A stretch of DNA of 19,986 bases from contig SDNY01000067.1 of NCBI GenBank assembly GCA_004524535.1, positions 1-19,986 on the forward strand, in the 5' to 3' direction. Positions 9,757 to 18,051 of this stretch are shown piece after piece (the first letter of the stretch is position 1; each line of letters opens with the position of its first letter). Below the pieces are notes generated by a model. It saw only the letters and a program-made list of their open reading frames with translations. It was not told the origin of the DNA and did no database searches. The DNA is from Promethearchaeota archaeon. GTDB taxonomy: Archaea > Asgardarchaeota > Lokiarchaeia > Sigyniarchaeales > SOKP01. Made by a program: the position numbers and the translations under genes.

Positions 9757-10106
9757 TGCAAATCTCCTGTTATTGAATTAATTTCGGTTGATAAAGCAGG
9801 GCCAATCCCTAAAGCGGTCATCGTGCCAGGTTCAAGTTGAGTTAAACCAGCATCCTTAACAAGAAAGCATGGAATTTTCTTTTTTAGAACTTTTTTATAT
9901 ATATCTTGCATTATTTCTTTATTAACTTTTAATATAACCTTTTTCTGACCTGTATTTTTCCAACTCTTCCACGCACTTTTAGTTTTAGTATGAGTTCTTG
10001 TTAAATCGGAGGCAGAAACACTTGCGTGGCATGCTTGAGCACATTTTTTACCTGTACTCATCTTTAAATCTGTTCTAACTAAAATAACTTGTTTAAATTC
10101 ATACAT
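9747..10106 (-). CDS. pth2: Peptidyl-tRNA hydrolase Pth2
   Basis: '[25 protein letters not shown]', 'GQKKVILK', '[18 protein letters not shown]' and 'ITGDLQLL'. Confidence 0.96.
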   Translation of the reverse strand: MYEFKQVILVRTDLKMSTGKKCAQACHASVSASDLTRTHTKTKSAWKSWKNTGQKKVILKVNKEIMQDIYKKVLKKKIPCFLVKDAGLTQLEPGTMTALGIGPALSTEINSITGDLQLL

Positions 10107-10156
10107 AGATGGATACCTAATATATTTTTAAAAAATGGGAATTTAAATTTTACCGA

Positions 10157-10672
10157 TTATAAATATTCAATTCTAGTTCTTTTTCCACAAAGCTCTAAAA
10201 TTAGATCTTCAAGCTCCATTCGGGTAAATAGGATATTATTTTTATCTGATTTAGGTAAAACAGCTTTGAACTCAATATCTCCAGTTGCAAGGAAAATTTC
10301 ATTCAAAGAAACTACTTTACTTGGCGCAATTAAACTCTCAACAACCGATCTAGGTTTATTAGTCTTTTCGATTAAAATTATCTTTTCTATTTTATATGTA
10401 TCTTTTATCCAATCTATTAATTCTTGAGTAATTCTTAATTTATCTTTATTTCCTATTACAAAGATTACAACATCCTCGTAATCTATTGCTTTATAAAAAG
10501 ATACATCTTTTAAAAAACCAAAATTCTCGTGGTCTGTTTCCTCCAGCTCAAGTAAATCTTTTGCTAAATCTAATTCAAATTCTGTTAATTCTCCTGTATC
10601 TAGCTTTTTCTGACAGCTATTACATAAAAATCCTGAACTTACGCAAGTAATGCAGGCTGGAAGAACTTTCAT
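10157..10672 (-). CDS. Archaeal NusA2-like protein (N-terminal zinc finger plus degenerate KH domains)
   Basis: 'PACITCVSSGFLCNSCQKKLDTGELTEFELD' matches the CxxC-x6-CxxC..KL..G.IS..D N-terminus of archaeal NusA2. 'ESLIAP..V...N' and C-terminal 'G...RIE' also fit. Confidence 0.75.
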   Translation of the reverse strand: MKVLPACITCVSSGFLCNSCQKKLDTGELTEFELDLAKDLLELEETDHENFGFLKDVSFYKAIDYEDVVIFVIGNKDKLRITQELIDWIKDTYKIEKIILIEKTNKPRSVVESLIAPSKVVSLNEIFLATGDIEFKAVLPKSDKNNILFTRMELEDLILELCGKRTRIEYL

Positions 10673-10707
10673 TCATAATTTACCTAATTGAAAAATTAAG
10701 TTTTTAT

Positions 10708-10902
10708 TTATAATTCAATTATATCGCAATTAATTTGTTTAATGAGTTGTTCGGCTGCGCTTGGATCAGTTTTATAAGTATATAGTATTTTCTTTGTGCG
10801 AAGCTTCAACTTAACTGTATCTTTAGTCCTTTTCACACGACAGTGATAGGCGTTTTCAGCTAATTTAAGAAATTCCTCAGTGCTAAATATCTCTCTTGGC
10901 AA
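10708..10902 (-). CDS. rpl38e: Large-subunit ribosomal protein eL38
   Basis: '(M)PREIFSTEEFLKLA...CRVKR...VKLKLRTKKILYT'. The TTG at 10902 gives the canonical MPRxI N-terminus (the ORF track uses GTG 10914). Confidence 0.88.
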   Translation of the reverse strand: MPREIFSTEEFLKLAENAYHCRVKRTKDTVKLKLRTKKILYTYKTDPSAAEQLIKQINCDIIEL

Positions 10903-11091
10903 ATCTATATACACTATATCTTATTTAATTATTTGTTAAATCAATCATATATATTCTATTCACTATAAGATTTTAACTTTTTCATTGTGTTAAACAATTA
11001 ATTAACCAAAAACTTATTTTTAATCTTATTTTCTAATAATCATCTTATTAATCTATTTTAGTGGAAAAAAAGAAAAATTAATGGATTTAAT

Positions 11092-11256
11092 ATGAGCCCA
11101 ATCGATGATCCAGTAAAAAGGAAAATAGCGCAATACCATCTTTTATTCAAGAGTGTATGCCGTAGATGTGGTGCTCTCAATCCACTAAAAGCCACTAAAT
11201 GCCGACGTTGCCATGGTAAAGATTTACGAATGAAAAAAAGAGATCTTCGAAAGTAA
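11092..11256 (+). CDS. rpl40e: Large-subunit ribosomal protein eL40, 54 aa (not in ORF track)
   Basis: Hand translation: [54 protein letters not shown]. Has the eL40 zinc finger CRxC.A.NP..A..CRxC...LR.K. Confidence 0.95.
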   Translation: MSPIDDPVKRKIAQYHLLFKSVCRRCGALNPLKATKCRRCHGKDLRMKKRDLRK

Positions 11257-11320
11257 CTCTTGTTTTTCCTTATAAAGACAAAATTTTCGTAAACTTTTTT
11301 AATTTTATGACTTAGAGATC

Positions 11321-11328
11321 TATATAAA
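11321..11328 (+). promoter_or_regulatory. Candidate TATA box for the thermosome gene
   Basis: TATATAAA ends 33 nt upstream of ATG 11362. The AT-rich background lowers specificity. Confidence 0.4.
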
Positions 11329-11361
11329 GTAATTAATTTAATCAAAATATGTGAAATAAAA

Positions 11362-13050
11362 ATGGCACAATTAGGCGGACAACCTATAATATTATTGAAA
11401 GAAGGCTCCCAGAGAACAAAGGGAAAAGAAGCAATGGACAATAACATTGCAGCTGCAAAGGCAATTGCAGAGGCAGTAAGAACATCACTAGGTCCCAGGG
11501 GTATGGATAAAATGCTCGTAGACCAGTTTGGAGACGTAGTCATAACCAACGATGGAGCTACAATTTTAAAAGAAATTGATGTACAGCACCCCGCAGCTAA
11601 AATGATGGTAGAAGTAGCTAAAACTCAAGATAGCGAAGTGGGAGATGGCACAACAACTTCTGTAATTCTGGCAGGAGAATTATTAAAAAGAGCTGAAAAG
11701 CTTATTCAACAAAAAATTCATCCAACTGTAATAACAGAAGGTTTTCGAAAAGCTGCTGATAAAGCAATTGAAATTCTTGACAGTATTTCAATAAAAAGTG
11801 GCATTGATGACAAGGTAGGACTGAAAAATGTGGCAATGACTTGTATGTCTAGCAAAATTGTATCCGAATCAAAAGAAGCCTTAGCTGTAATTTGCATGAA
11901 CGCTATTGAAGCTGTTGCCGAAAAGGATGAAAACGGAAATTGGGTTGCGGATATTGATAAAGTCCAAATTCAAAAGAAAGAGGGCGAATCAATGGACGAC
12001 ACAAAATTAATTAAAGGTATCATCTTAGATAAAGAAGTTGTTAGTCCCGGAATGCCTAAACGCGTAAGCGATGCTAAAATTCTGCTGCTCCAATCTGCTT
12101 TGGAAATTGAAAAAACGGAATTTGACGCTAAGCTTCAGATTACCCGCCCTGAGCAAATTCAACAATTCCTAGATGAAGAGGAAAGAATGCTTCGAACTAT
12201 GGTCGATAAAGTTATTAATTCAGGAGCGAATGTTCTTGTTTGCCAGAAAGGTATAGACGATATGGCTCAACATTTCTTATCTAAATCCGGAATTATGGCA
12301 GTAAGACGAGTGAAAAAATCTGATCTTGAGAAACTCTCAGACGCCACAGGCGGAATGATTTATACAAATCTTGATGACATAACACCGGATAAACTTGGAT
12401 ATGCTGGACTCGTCGAAGAACGAAAGATTATGAAAGATAGTTGGATTTTTATTGAAGAATGTAGAGATCCAAAATCAGTCGTAATTTTAATTAGAGGAGG
12501 TACAGAACTAATAATCGATGAAGTTGAGAGAGCACTTCATGATGCTCTCTGCGTAGTTCGAGATGTCGTAGAAGATCAAAAAATCGTTGGCGGTGGTGGT
12601 GCTCCAGAATTAGAAACTGCACTTCAATTGCGAAAATTCGCATCTACTCTCGGTGGACGTGAACAATTAGCCGTGGAAGTCTTTGCTGATAGCCTGGATA
12701 TAATACCAAAAACCCTAGCTGAGAACGCAGGCCTAGATCAAATCGATGTGTTAATGAAATTAAGAGCCGCTCATCAACAAGGAAATAAATTCGCTGGCAC
12801 CGATTTAGAAACTGGTGATATTGTCAATAACATGATGGAAATAGGAGTAGTTGAACCTACTGTTGTTAAAATTCAAGCAATAAAAAGTGCTGTTGAAGCT
12901 GCTTCAATGATTTTGAGTATTGACGATGTAATCGCGGGTGCAAAGTCGGAAATGCCTCCAATGCCTCCAGGTGGTATGGGGGGTATGGGTGGCATGGGTG
13001 GTATGGGCGGTATGCCAGGAATGGGCGGTATGCCACCTGGAATGATGTAG
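11362..13050 (+). CDS. ths: Thermosome subunit (group II chaperonin)
   Basis: '[10 protein letters not shown]', 'ITNDGATIL', 'GDGTTT', 'GGGAPE' and a C-terminal GGM-repeat tail. Confidence 0.98.
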   Translation: MAQLGGQPIILLKEGSQRTKGKEAMDNNIAAAKAIAEAVRTSLGPRGMDKMLVDQFGDVVITNDGATILKEIDVQHPAAKMMVEVAKTQDSEVGDGTTTSVILAGELLKRAEKLIQQKIHPTVITEGFRKAADKAIEILDSISIKSGIDDKVGLKNVAMTCMSSKIVSESKEALAVICMNAIEAVAEKDENGNWVADIDKVQIQKKEGESMDDTKLIKGIILDKEVVSPGMPKRVSDAKILLLQSALEIEKTEFDAKLQITRPEQIQQFLDEEERMLRTMVDKVINSGANVLVCQKGIDDMAQHFLSKSGIMAVRRVKKSDLEKLSDATGGMIYTNLDDITPDKLGYAGLVEERKIMKDSWIFIEECRDPKSVVILIRGGTELIIDEVERALHDALCVVRDVVEDQKIVGGGGAPELETALQLRKFASTLGGREQLAVEVFADSLDIIPKTLAENAGLDQIDVLMKLRAAHQQGNKFAGTDLETGDIVNNMMEIGVVEPTVVKIQAIKSAVEAASMILSIDDVIAGAKSEMPPMPPGGMGGMGGMGGMGGMPGMGGMPPGMM

Positions 13051-13058
13051 TACTAATT

Positions 13059-13103
13059 TAATTTTCTATTTTTTCTTATATTTTTTTATTTTATTTTTCT
13101 TTT
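13059..13103 (+). terminator. Poly-T archaeal-type terminator tract after the thermosome
   Basis: Consecutive T4-T7 runs begin shortly after the TAG stop. Confidence 0.55.
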
Positions 13104-13125
13104 AATCGTTTAGCGATATTTTGTT
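13059..13125 (+). repeat. Dispersed intergenic repeat, copy 1 (T-tract plus TCGTTTAGCGATATTTTGTT at 13106-13125)
   Basis: Similar to 14396-14464 and 15611-15657. Confidence 0.85.
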
Positions 13126-13311
13126 AATTAAAATTATTTTCTAATAGTTCTCTGCAATATTTACATGAATAATAAAAATTTTTTATGCAATTTTAAAATA
13201 TGTATAAATTTAAATAGATAGAAAATACATTTTTATATTAATTGGCGAAATTAAACAGAACCAGAAATAGAATATCCTTAATGTCTGAATTAAGCAGTAA
13301 TTAATAAGAAT

Positions 13312-14346
13312 ATGAGAGAATCGAAGAAAGATACAAAAATTATATTGAAAAGCTTTTGGAGAAGATGGAAAGGTATTAGAAATGAAATGTCCTTATTTGG
13401 AAAAATCTTTGAAATTATCGTTATAATTACTACAATAATAATATTGGGTTATATGTTTTATATAGCCCGTATCTATGATGTTGTAGAAAATTTTCCCACT
13501 TTTCTATATCTTTTAATTATTATACTTCCAATTTCAATCATTTACAGTAAAATTCGCAAAAAAGCTTTAAAAAAATACAATGAGAAGTTAGAAAAAAAGA
13601 GAATAAATTTATGCATTTATTGTAATGGAAAAATCGATGGATTTACTAGTATTTGTCCATATTGTGGAAAAGAACTTGATGATCGACACTATAAAGACTA
13701 TACAGTTATTGAATCGTCTGAAATAGAAAGGAAATTTAAGGAAAAATCTGCTGAAAAAGAAACTTTATTACCCGAACAAGAAGAGATTATAAGTTTCTCT
13801 AAAAAGTCAGATTTATTAATTATATTAGTCCCAATTATAGTTGTGATCATTGTTTTTGAAATTATAATATTATTTTTATTTGGAGTAGGAGCAATGATAG
13901 GAATGCTTCTTGGAGGCTTCATTATATTACTTTTTTATATAATTGCTATATACTTAATTATACTAACAACAATTATCTCAAAATTTTCAATCTCAAAACA
14001 CGATATAAAACTAAAAATTGAAAAAAAAATCTTTTATCAAATAAACTGGGCAGATCTTAAAGATGTTGAGATATTTAAAATGTCCTTTATTAGAGGATAT
14101 TTCCTGAAATTTAATTCTTTTCAAGAATATAAATTAATTGGATTAAGAATCTGTAGTTTTAATGGAAGTAAACAGAAAAAAATTATTAAAACATTGTTCA
14201 AATACTCTGAAAAATTAAATAAATCGATATCTATAAAGAAAGCGTTTGGACCTTTTATAGATGAAATAACTATGAAAGAATTATATGATGAGATATTTAC
14301 CTTCGCTAGATCTCAGCGATTTATTTTAAAGAGTAGTCATTATTAA
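13312..14346 (+). CDS. Hypothetical membrane protein with an internal zinc ribbon
   Basis: Two TM helices, then 'CIYC...CPYCG', then two TM helices and a soluble C-terminal domain ('QINWADLKDVEI', suggestive of a PH-like fold). Confidence 0.8.
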   Translation: MRESKKDTKIILKSFWRRWKGIRNEMSLFGKIFEIIVIITTIIILGYMFYIARIYDVVENFPTFLYLLIIILPISIIYSKIRKKALKKYNEKLEKKRINLCIYCNGKIDGFTSICPYCGKELDDRHYKDYTVIESSEIERKFKEKSAEKETLLPEQEEIISFSKKSDLLIILVPIIVVIIVFEIIILFLFGVGAMIGMLLGGFIILLFYIIAIYLIILTTIISKFSISKHDIKLKIEKKIFYQINWADLKDVEIFKMSFIRGYFLKFNSFQEYKLIGLRICSFNGSKQKKIIKTLFKYSEKLNKSISIKKAFGPFIDEITMKELYDEIFTFARSQRFILKSSHY

Positions 14347-14395
14347 ATTTATACAAAAAATAGACAAATAGGTTTGTAGATTAAAAATCTTTTTT

Positions 14396-14464
14396 TTAAT
14401 TTTCAATTTTTTCTTATCTTTTTTTTTATTTATGTTTCTTTCAGTCGTTTAGCGGTATTTTGTT
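14396..14464 (+). repeat. Dispersed intergenic repeat, copy 2 (core TCGTTTAGCGGTATTTTGTT at 14445-14464)
   Basis: Core has one mismatch to copy 1. The upstream TTAATTTTCWATTTTTTCTTAT and T-run are also shared with copy 1. Confidence 0.85.
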
Positions 14465-14480
14465 GTGGTTGTTGTTCTTA

Positions 14481-14497
14481 AAAAGAATTTATATAAA
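14481..14497 (+). promoter_or_regulatory. Candidate BRE/TATA promoter
   Basis: AAAAGAA-TTTATATAAA, with an equivalent AAAAAGGA-TTTAAATAAA at 15673-15690 in unit 2. Confidence 0.45.
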
Positions 14498-14567
14498 AAT
14501 CTAACTTTATATTACTCAGCATTACCAAAATAGTAAAAAATCAAGGTGGATTTCTATTAAAAATTAT

Positions 14568-15533
14568 GTGAAAATAATTGTCCTTTCATTATTCATAATT
14601 CAGTTATTTATTGGTCTTACTGTTGTAATAGGAAATGATGACGATGATGATGATGATGATACAGAATTAGAATTTGAAAAAGTTCAGACTGAAATGGACA
14701 GTTTTGTTGATTCAGGGTCTTCAACAAGCAATTATGGGGAATCTTACTATTTAGAAGTAAACGCAGATGGTTTCGGTCATTGCGCTAGCTATATATATTT
14801 TGATTTTGACGACGAACCTGACAATTGGAAAGAGGCTGAAATACGTTTATATATATATTCCATCTCCCAAACAATGACAGTAAATATATTTTTAGCATCA
14901 TCTGTATGGGAAGAATTAACGATAACTTATGATAACAGACCAGCTCTAGGAGGGTTAATTGAAACATTTTCAGCACAATCAACAGGGATTATTGATTTTG
15001 ATTTATCGGATTTGATAGAAGACTTACTAGATGACGATGAAGAAGGTATTACTATATGTCTTAACGTATCATCCACTAGTGAAGGAGATATGATGATTTA
15101 TAGTGAAGAAGGAACTAATTATAAAGATTGGACCCCGCTTTTAATTTGGACTTACGAGCCAGTAAATGATGTTGATGTTGGTATGATTATATTTATAATA
15201 TTAATAATTTTAATTCCTATTGGTATCGTATCAATAGGAGTAGTAGTATTATATTATAGGAGGAGGGGAAAAACAGCTCCCCGAAAGCCCGTTGTCCCAC
15301 CAATGGATGTTGTCGCTCCAACTCAACCAAGCAGAGTACAACCATCTACTCCTCCCTCTTCACTTAAAGTTTGTGAGAGTTGTGGGGAGAAAATTCCTCC
15401 ATACGCAAAAGAATTTTGTCCAAACTGTGGGGAAAAAATTCTTCAAGAGGCAATTGAATTTTGTCCGAGTTGTGGGAATAAAGTTTCTCCAAACGCTAAA
15501 TTCTGTGAAGCCTGTGGGAATGATATAGATTAA
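14568..15533 (+). CDS. Single-pass membrane protein: signal peptide, poly-Asp, DNRLRE/CBM96-like ectodomain, TM, Pro-rich linker, double zinc ribbon (paralog 1)
   Basis: GTG start. 'DSFV......SNYG...L.V', 'YIYFD', 'WEELTITYDNRP' and 'YSEEG.....PLLIWTY' fit the DNRLRE pattern. Four CxxC at the C-terminus. Confidence 0.85.
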   Translation: MKIIVLSLFIIQLFIGLTVVIGNDDDDDDDDTELEFEKVQTEMDSFVDSGSSTSNYGESYYLEVNADGFGHCASYIYFDFDDEPDNWKEAEIRLYIYSISQTMTVNIFLASSVWEELTITYDNRPALGGLIETFSAQSTGIIDFDLSDLIEDLLDDDEEGITICLNVSSTSEGDMMIYSEEGTNYKDWTPLLIWTYEPVNDVDVGMIIFIILIILIPIGIVSIGVVVLYYRRRGKTAPRKPVVPPMDVVAPTQPSRVQPSTPPSSLKVCESCGEKIPPYAKEFCPNCGEKILQEAIEFCPSCGNKVSPNAKFCEACGNDID

Positions 15534-15542
15534 TTTACCTAA

Positions 15543-15609
15543 TTCAATACTTTTTTTAACCATATTAAATATTGAATTCTTGTAAATAATAAAATTCCAG
15601 CAAGTAATA
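15543..15609 (-). pseudogene. 3' remnant of the 16734..16952 small membrane protein gene
   Basis: The minus strand reads LLAGILLFTRIQYLIWLKK, versus LLAGILLFTRIQYIIWLKKKY in the intact gene. The 5' part is missing and the A-run is 2 nt shorter. Confidence 0.85.
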
Positions 15610-16801
15610 CTTTTTTTTTTATTGATTTTTCTTGTACTCGTTTAGCGATATTTTGTTATGTTTGTTCTTCTTAAAAAGGATTTAAATAAAAATCTGACTT
15701 AATATAACTCAACACTAAAAAATAAGATAAAAATTGAAGTGAGTTTCTATTAAAAAATATGTGAAAATTATTGTCCTTTCATTGTTCATATTAGAGCTAT
15801 TTATAGGTCTTACGGTTGTAATAGGAGATGATGACGATGATGATGATGATGCCAACGAAGCAGATGAAGAAACTGAGGCGGAAATGGATAGTTATGTTTA
15901 TCAATCTAATCCAGATAGTAATTATGGGGGATATGACTATTTAAGAGTAGGCGGCCCTCCCGGTCGTTATGTTACCTATATATATTTTGATTTTGATGAT
16001 GAGCCTGACGATTGGAAGGAGGTTGAAATATCTTTGGATTTATTTGAAATCGACGAAACAATGGACGTGAATTTATTTGAAGCATCATCTGTATGGGAAG
16101 AATTAACGATAACTTGGAATAACAGACCAGCTGTAGGAGGGTTAATTGAAACATTTAAAGCATCATCAGAAGGGAATTATAAGTTTGATGTATCAGATCA
16201 GGTAGAAGACTTACTAGATGACGATGAAGAAGGTATTGCAATATGTCTTAACTTATCATCCACCTATACTGGATTTGGAGATATATATATGTATAGTGAA
16301 GAAGGTGCTTATTATGGAAACAAACCCCCGCTTTTAATTTGGACATACGATCTAACAGTAAATGTTGATTATGGTATGATTGTCTTTTTAATATTAATAA
16401 TCTTAATTCCTATTGTTACTGTATCAGTATTACTAATATTATATTTTACTATATGGCGAAAAAAAGCACCTCGGAAGCCCGTTGTTCCACCAAAGGATGT
16501 TGTGACTCCAACTCAACCAAGCAGAGCCGAACCATCTCCTACTCCCACTTCAATTAAGATTTGTGCGAATTGTGGAGAGAGAATTCCTCCTAACTCAAAA
16601 ACCTTTTGTCCAAACTGTGGGAATAAAATTCTTCAAGAGAAAATTGAATTTTGTCCGAGTTGTGGGAATAAAGTTCCTCCAAATGCTAATTTCTGTGAAA
16701 AATGTGGGAACGACATAGATTAATTTATCTAATTCAATACTTTTTTTTTAACCAAATTATATATTGAATTCTTGTAAATAATAGAATTCCAGCAAGTAAT
16801 A
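15610..16801 (+). repeat. Tandem segmental duplication, unit 2 (includes repeat copy 3, core at 15638-15657)
   Basis: Aligns with 14418-15609. The core TCGTTTAGCGATATTTTGTT is identical to copy 1. Confidence 0.88.
15761..16723 (+). CDS. Single-pass membrane protein with DNRLRE/CBM96-like ectodomain and double zinc ribbon (paralog 2)
   Basis: Same architecture as 14568..15533. 'DSYVYQSNPDSNYGGYDYLRVG' and 'WEELTITWNNRP' are present, as are four CxxC. Confidence 0.87.
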   Translation: MKIIVLSLFILELFIGLTVVIGDDDDDDDDANEADEETEAEMDSYVYQSNPDSNYGGYDYLRVGGPPGRYVTYIYFDFDDEPDDWKEVEISLDLFEIDETMDVNLFEASSVWEELTITWNNRPAVGGLIETFKASSEGNYKFDVSDQVEDLLDDDEEGIAICLNLSSTYTGFGDIYMYSEEGAYYGNKPPLLIWTYDLTVNVDYGMIVFLILIILIPIVTVSVLLILYFTIWRKKAPRKPVVPPKDVVTPTQPSRAEPSPTPTSIKICANCGERIPPNSKTFCPNCGNKILQEKIEFCPSCGNKVPPNANFCEKCGNDID

Positions 16802-16952
16802 ATGCTATCCCAATAGATAATAATAATGGAGATGCTTTTTCTGGAGATTCTAAATAGCTAGCAATCCAAATAATTAGTAATAAAACAGCTATGATTATTA
16901 TTATAAAAGAGAGATTTCTAAACCTCTTATCTATCTTATCAATTCTTTCCAT
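16734..16952 (-). CDS. Small two-TM membrane protein, 72 aa
   Basis: ATG start, two clear hydrophobic helices with basic ends, and no overlap with neighbours. Confidence 0.7.
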   Translation of the reverse strand: MERIDKIDKRFRNLSFIIIIIAVLLLIIWIASYLESPEKASPLLLSIGIALLLAGILLFTRIQYIIWLKKKY

Positions 16953-17085
16953 TTTAACTTAAAAATTACATTGATTATTTGGAATATTATAGCATTATCG
17001 TATTTTTATTGTTGAAAATTTCAATAGAAATGAATATATATTTTCTACTATAATTCTAGAATGAATCCTACAAAAATGCATACAA

Positions 17086-17091
17086 AGGAGG
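17086..17091 (+). promoter_or_regulatory. Shine-Dalgarno site (AGGAGG)
   Basis: Ends 6 nt before ATG 17098. Confidence 0.7.
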
Positions 17092-17097
17092 AATAAA

Positions 17098-17901
17098 ATG
17101 GGGAATCGTTTGAAGGGAAAAATAGCTATAGTTGTTGGAGCAGGAACCCAACCAGGGGAAACAATTGGGAATGGAAGAGCTACATCAATCCTGTTTGCCC
17201 GTGAAGGTGCTAAAGTAATGCTTGTTGATAAACATCTTGATTACGCCGAAGAGACAAAATCCATGATTGATAAGGAAGGTGGAGAATCTTTCACTTTTAA
17301 GGCTGATATTGTTAATGAGGATGATTGCCGTCGCATAATCGAGAAATGTGTTGAGGTTTATGATCGGATAGATGTTCTTGTCAATAATGTTGGCATCGGA
17401 GAAGGCGATATTAGTTTGACTAAGTTAAGTGAAGAGACTTGGGATAAGATTTTTAATGCAAACTTAAAAGGAATGTTTTTCACATGTAAATATGTCTTAC
17501 CAGTTATGGTGAAACAGGGAAGTGGCTCTATAATAAATATTTCTTCAGTTGCGTCCGTTTGTGCACCTGTACCATTTCCAACTTATAAGATTTCAAAATC
17601 AGGGGTTAATGCTCTAACTCAGCAAATAGCTATGTTATATGCCAGGAGAGGTATTCGTGCCAATGCGGTCATGCCAGGATTATTGAATACCCCTATAGCT
17701 ATAGAAGGCTTCGTAAGAGCTACAGGATCAAGTAGAAAAGACGTAATCAAATTTAGGAATAAGCTTGTCCCTCTAAAGGGAGGTATGGGAGATGCATGGG
17801 ATGCTGCTTATGCCGTGCTTTTCCTAGCATCGGATGAGGCGAAATTTATTACCGGAGTTATACTCCCAGTAGACGGAGGTCAAAGCTCAAAAATTGGATG
17901 A
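17098..17901 (+). CDS. Classical short-chain dehydrogenase/reductase (FabG-like)
   Basis: 'VVGAG...GNGRA', 'LVNNVG', catalytic Ser and 'YKISK', 'IRANAVMPG' and 'ITG..LPVDGG'. Confidence 0.95.
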   Translation: MGNRLKGKIAIVVGAGTQPGETIGNGRATSILFAREGAKVMLVDKHLDYAEETKSMIDKEGGESFTFKADIVNEDDCRRIIEKCVEVYDRIDVLVNNVGIGEGDISLTKLSEETWDKIFNANLKGMFFTCKYVLPVMVKQGSGSIINISSVASVCAPVPFPTYKISKSGVNALTQQIAMLYARRGIRANAVMPGLLNTPIAIEGFVRATGSSRKDVIKFRNKLVPLKGGMGDAWDAAYAVLFLASDEAKFITGVILPVDGGQSSKIG

Positions 17902-18051
17902 ATATAAACCTCACACCTAAGTTCTTTAACACTTTTTTTTTCCTATAATTCCAAGAAGCCATGATGAAAACAATTTTTTCTTTAGATTATTAGGTTTTTT
18001 TAGATTTATTATGAATTAAACTTTTAAATGGATTGTATCATTGCGAATATT

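Larger units (their letters stand above)
14418..15609 (+). repeat. Tandem segmental duplication, unit 1 (~1.19 kb)
   Basis: Upstream region, gene and downstream 76 bp align to 15610-16801 at an offset of 1190-1193. Confidence 0.88.

Noticed and set aside
10089-10427. 112-aa plus-strand ORF
   Set aside because: Antisense to the nusA2-like gene and pth2.
11061-11256. Possible ubiquitin-eL40 fusion as in eukaryotes
   Set aside because: No ubiquitin-coding frame lies upstream. eL40 is stand-alone, as is usual in archaea.
11058-11549. 163-aa minus-strand ORF
   Set aside because: Antisense to the well-supported rpl40e and thermosome genes.
12952-13047. GGT/GGC-ATG repeats at the thermosome 3' end
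   Set aside because: Ordinary GGM tail of chaperonins.
13106-15657. CRISPR array or integron attC interpretation of the three repeats
   Set aside because: Spacing of 1.2-1.3 kb rules out CRISPR. There is no RYYYAAC...GTTRRRY palindromic attC structure, and no cas or integrase gene.
14568-16723. Diversity-generating retroelement (TR/VR pair) as the cause of paralog divergence
   Set aside because: No reverse transcriptase is in the window, both copies are full genes, and the differences include indels and many non-adenine positions.
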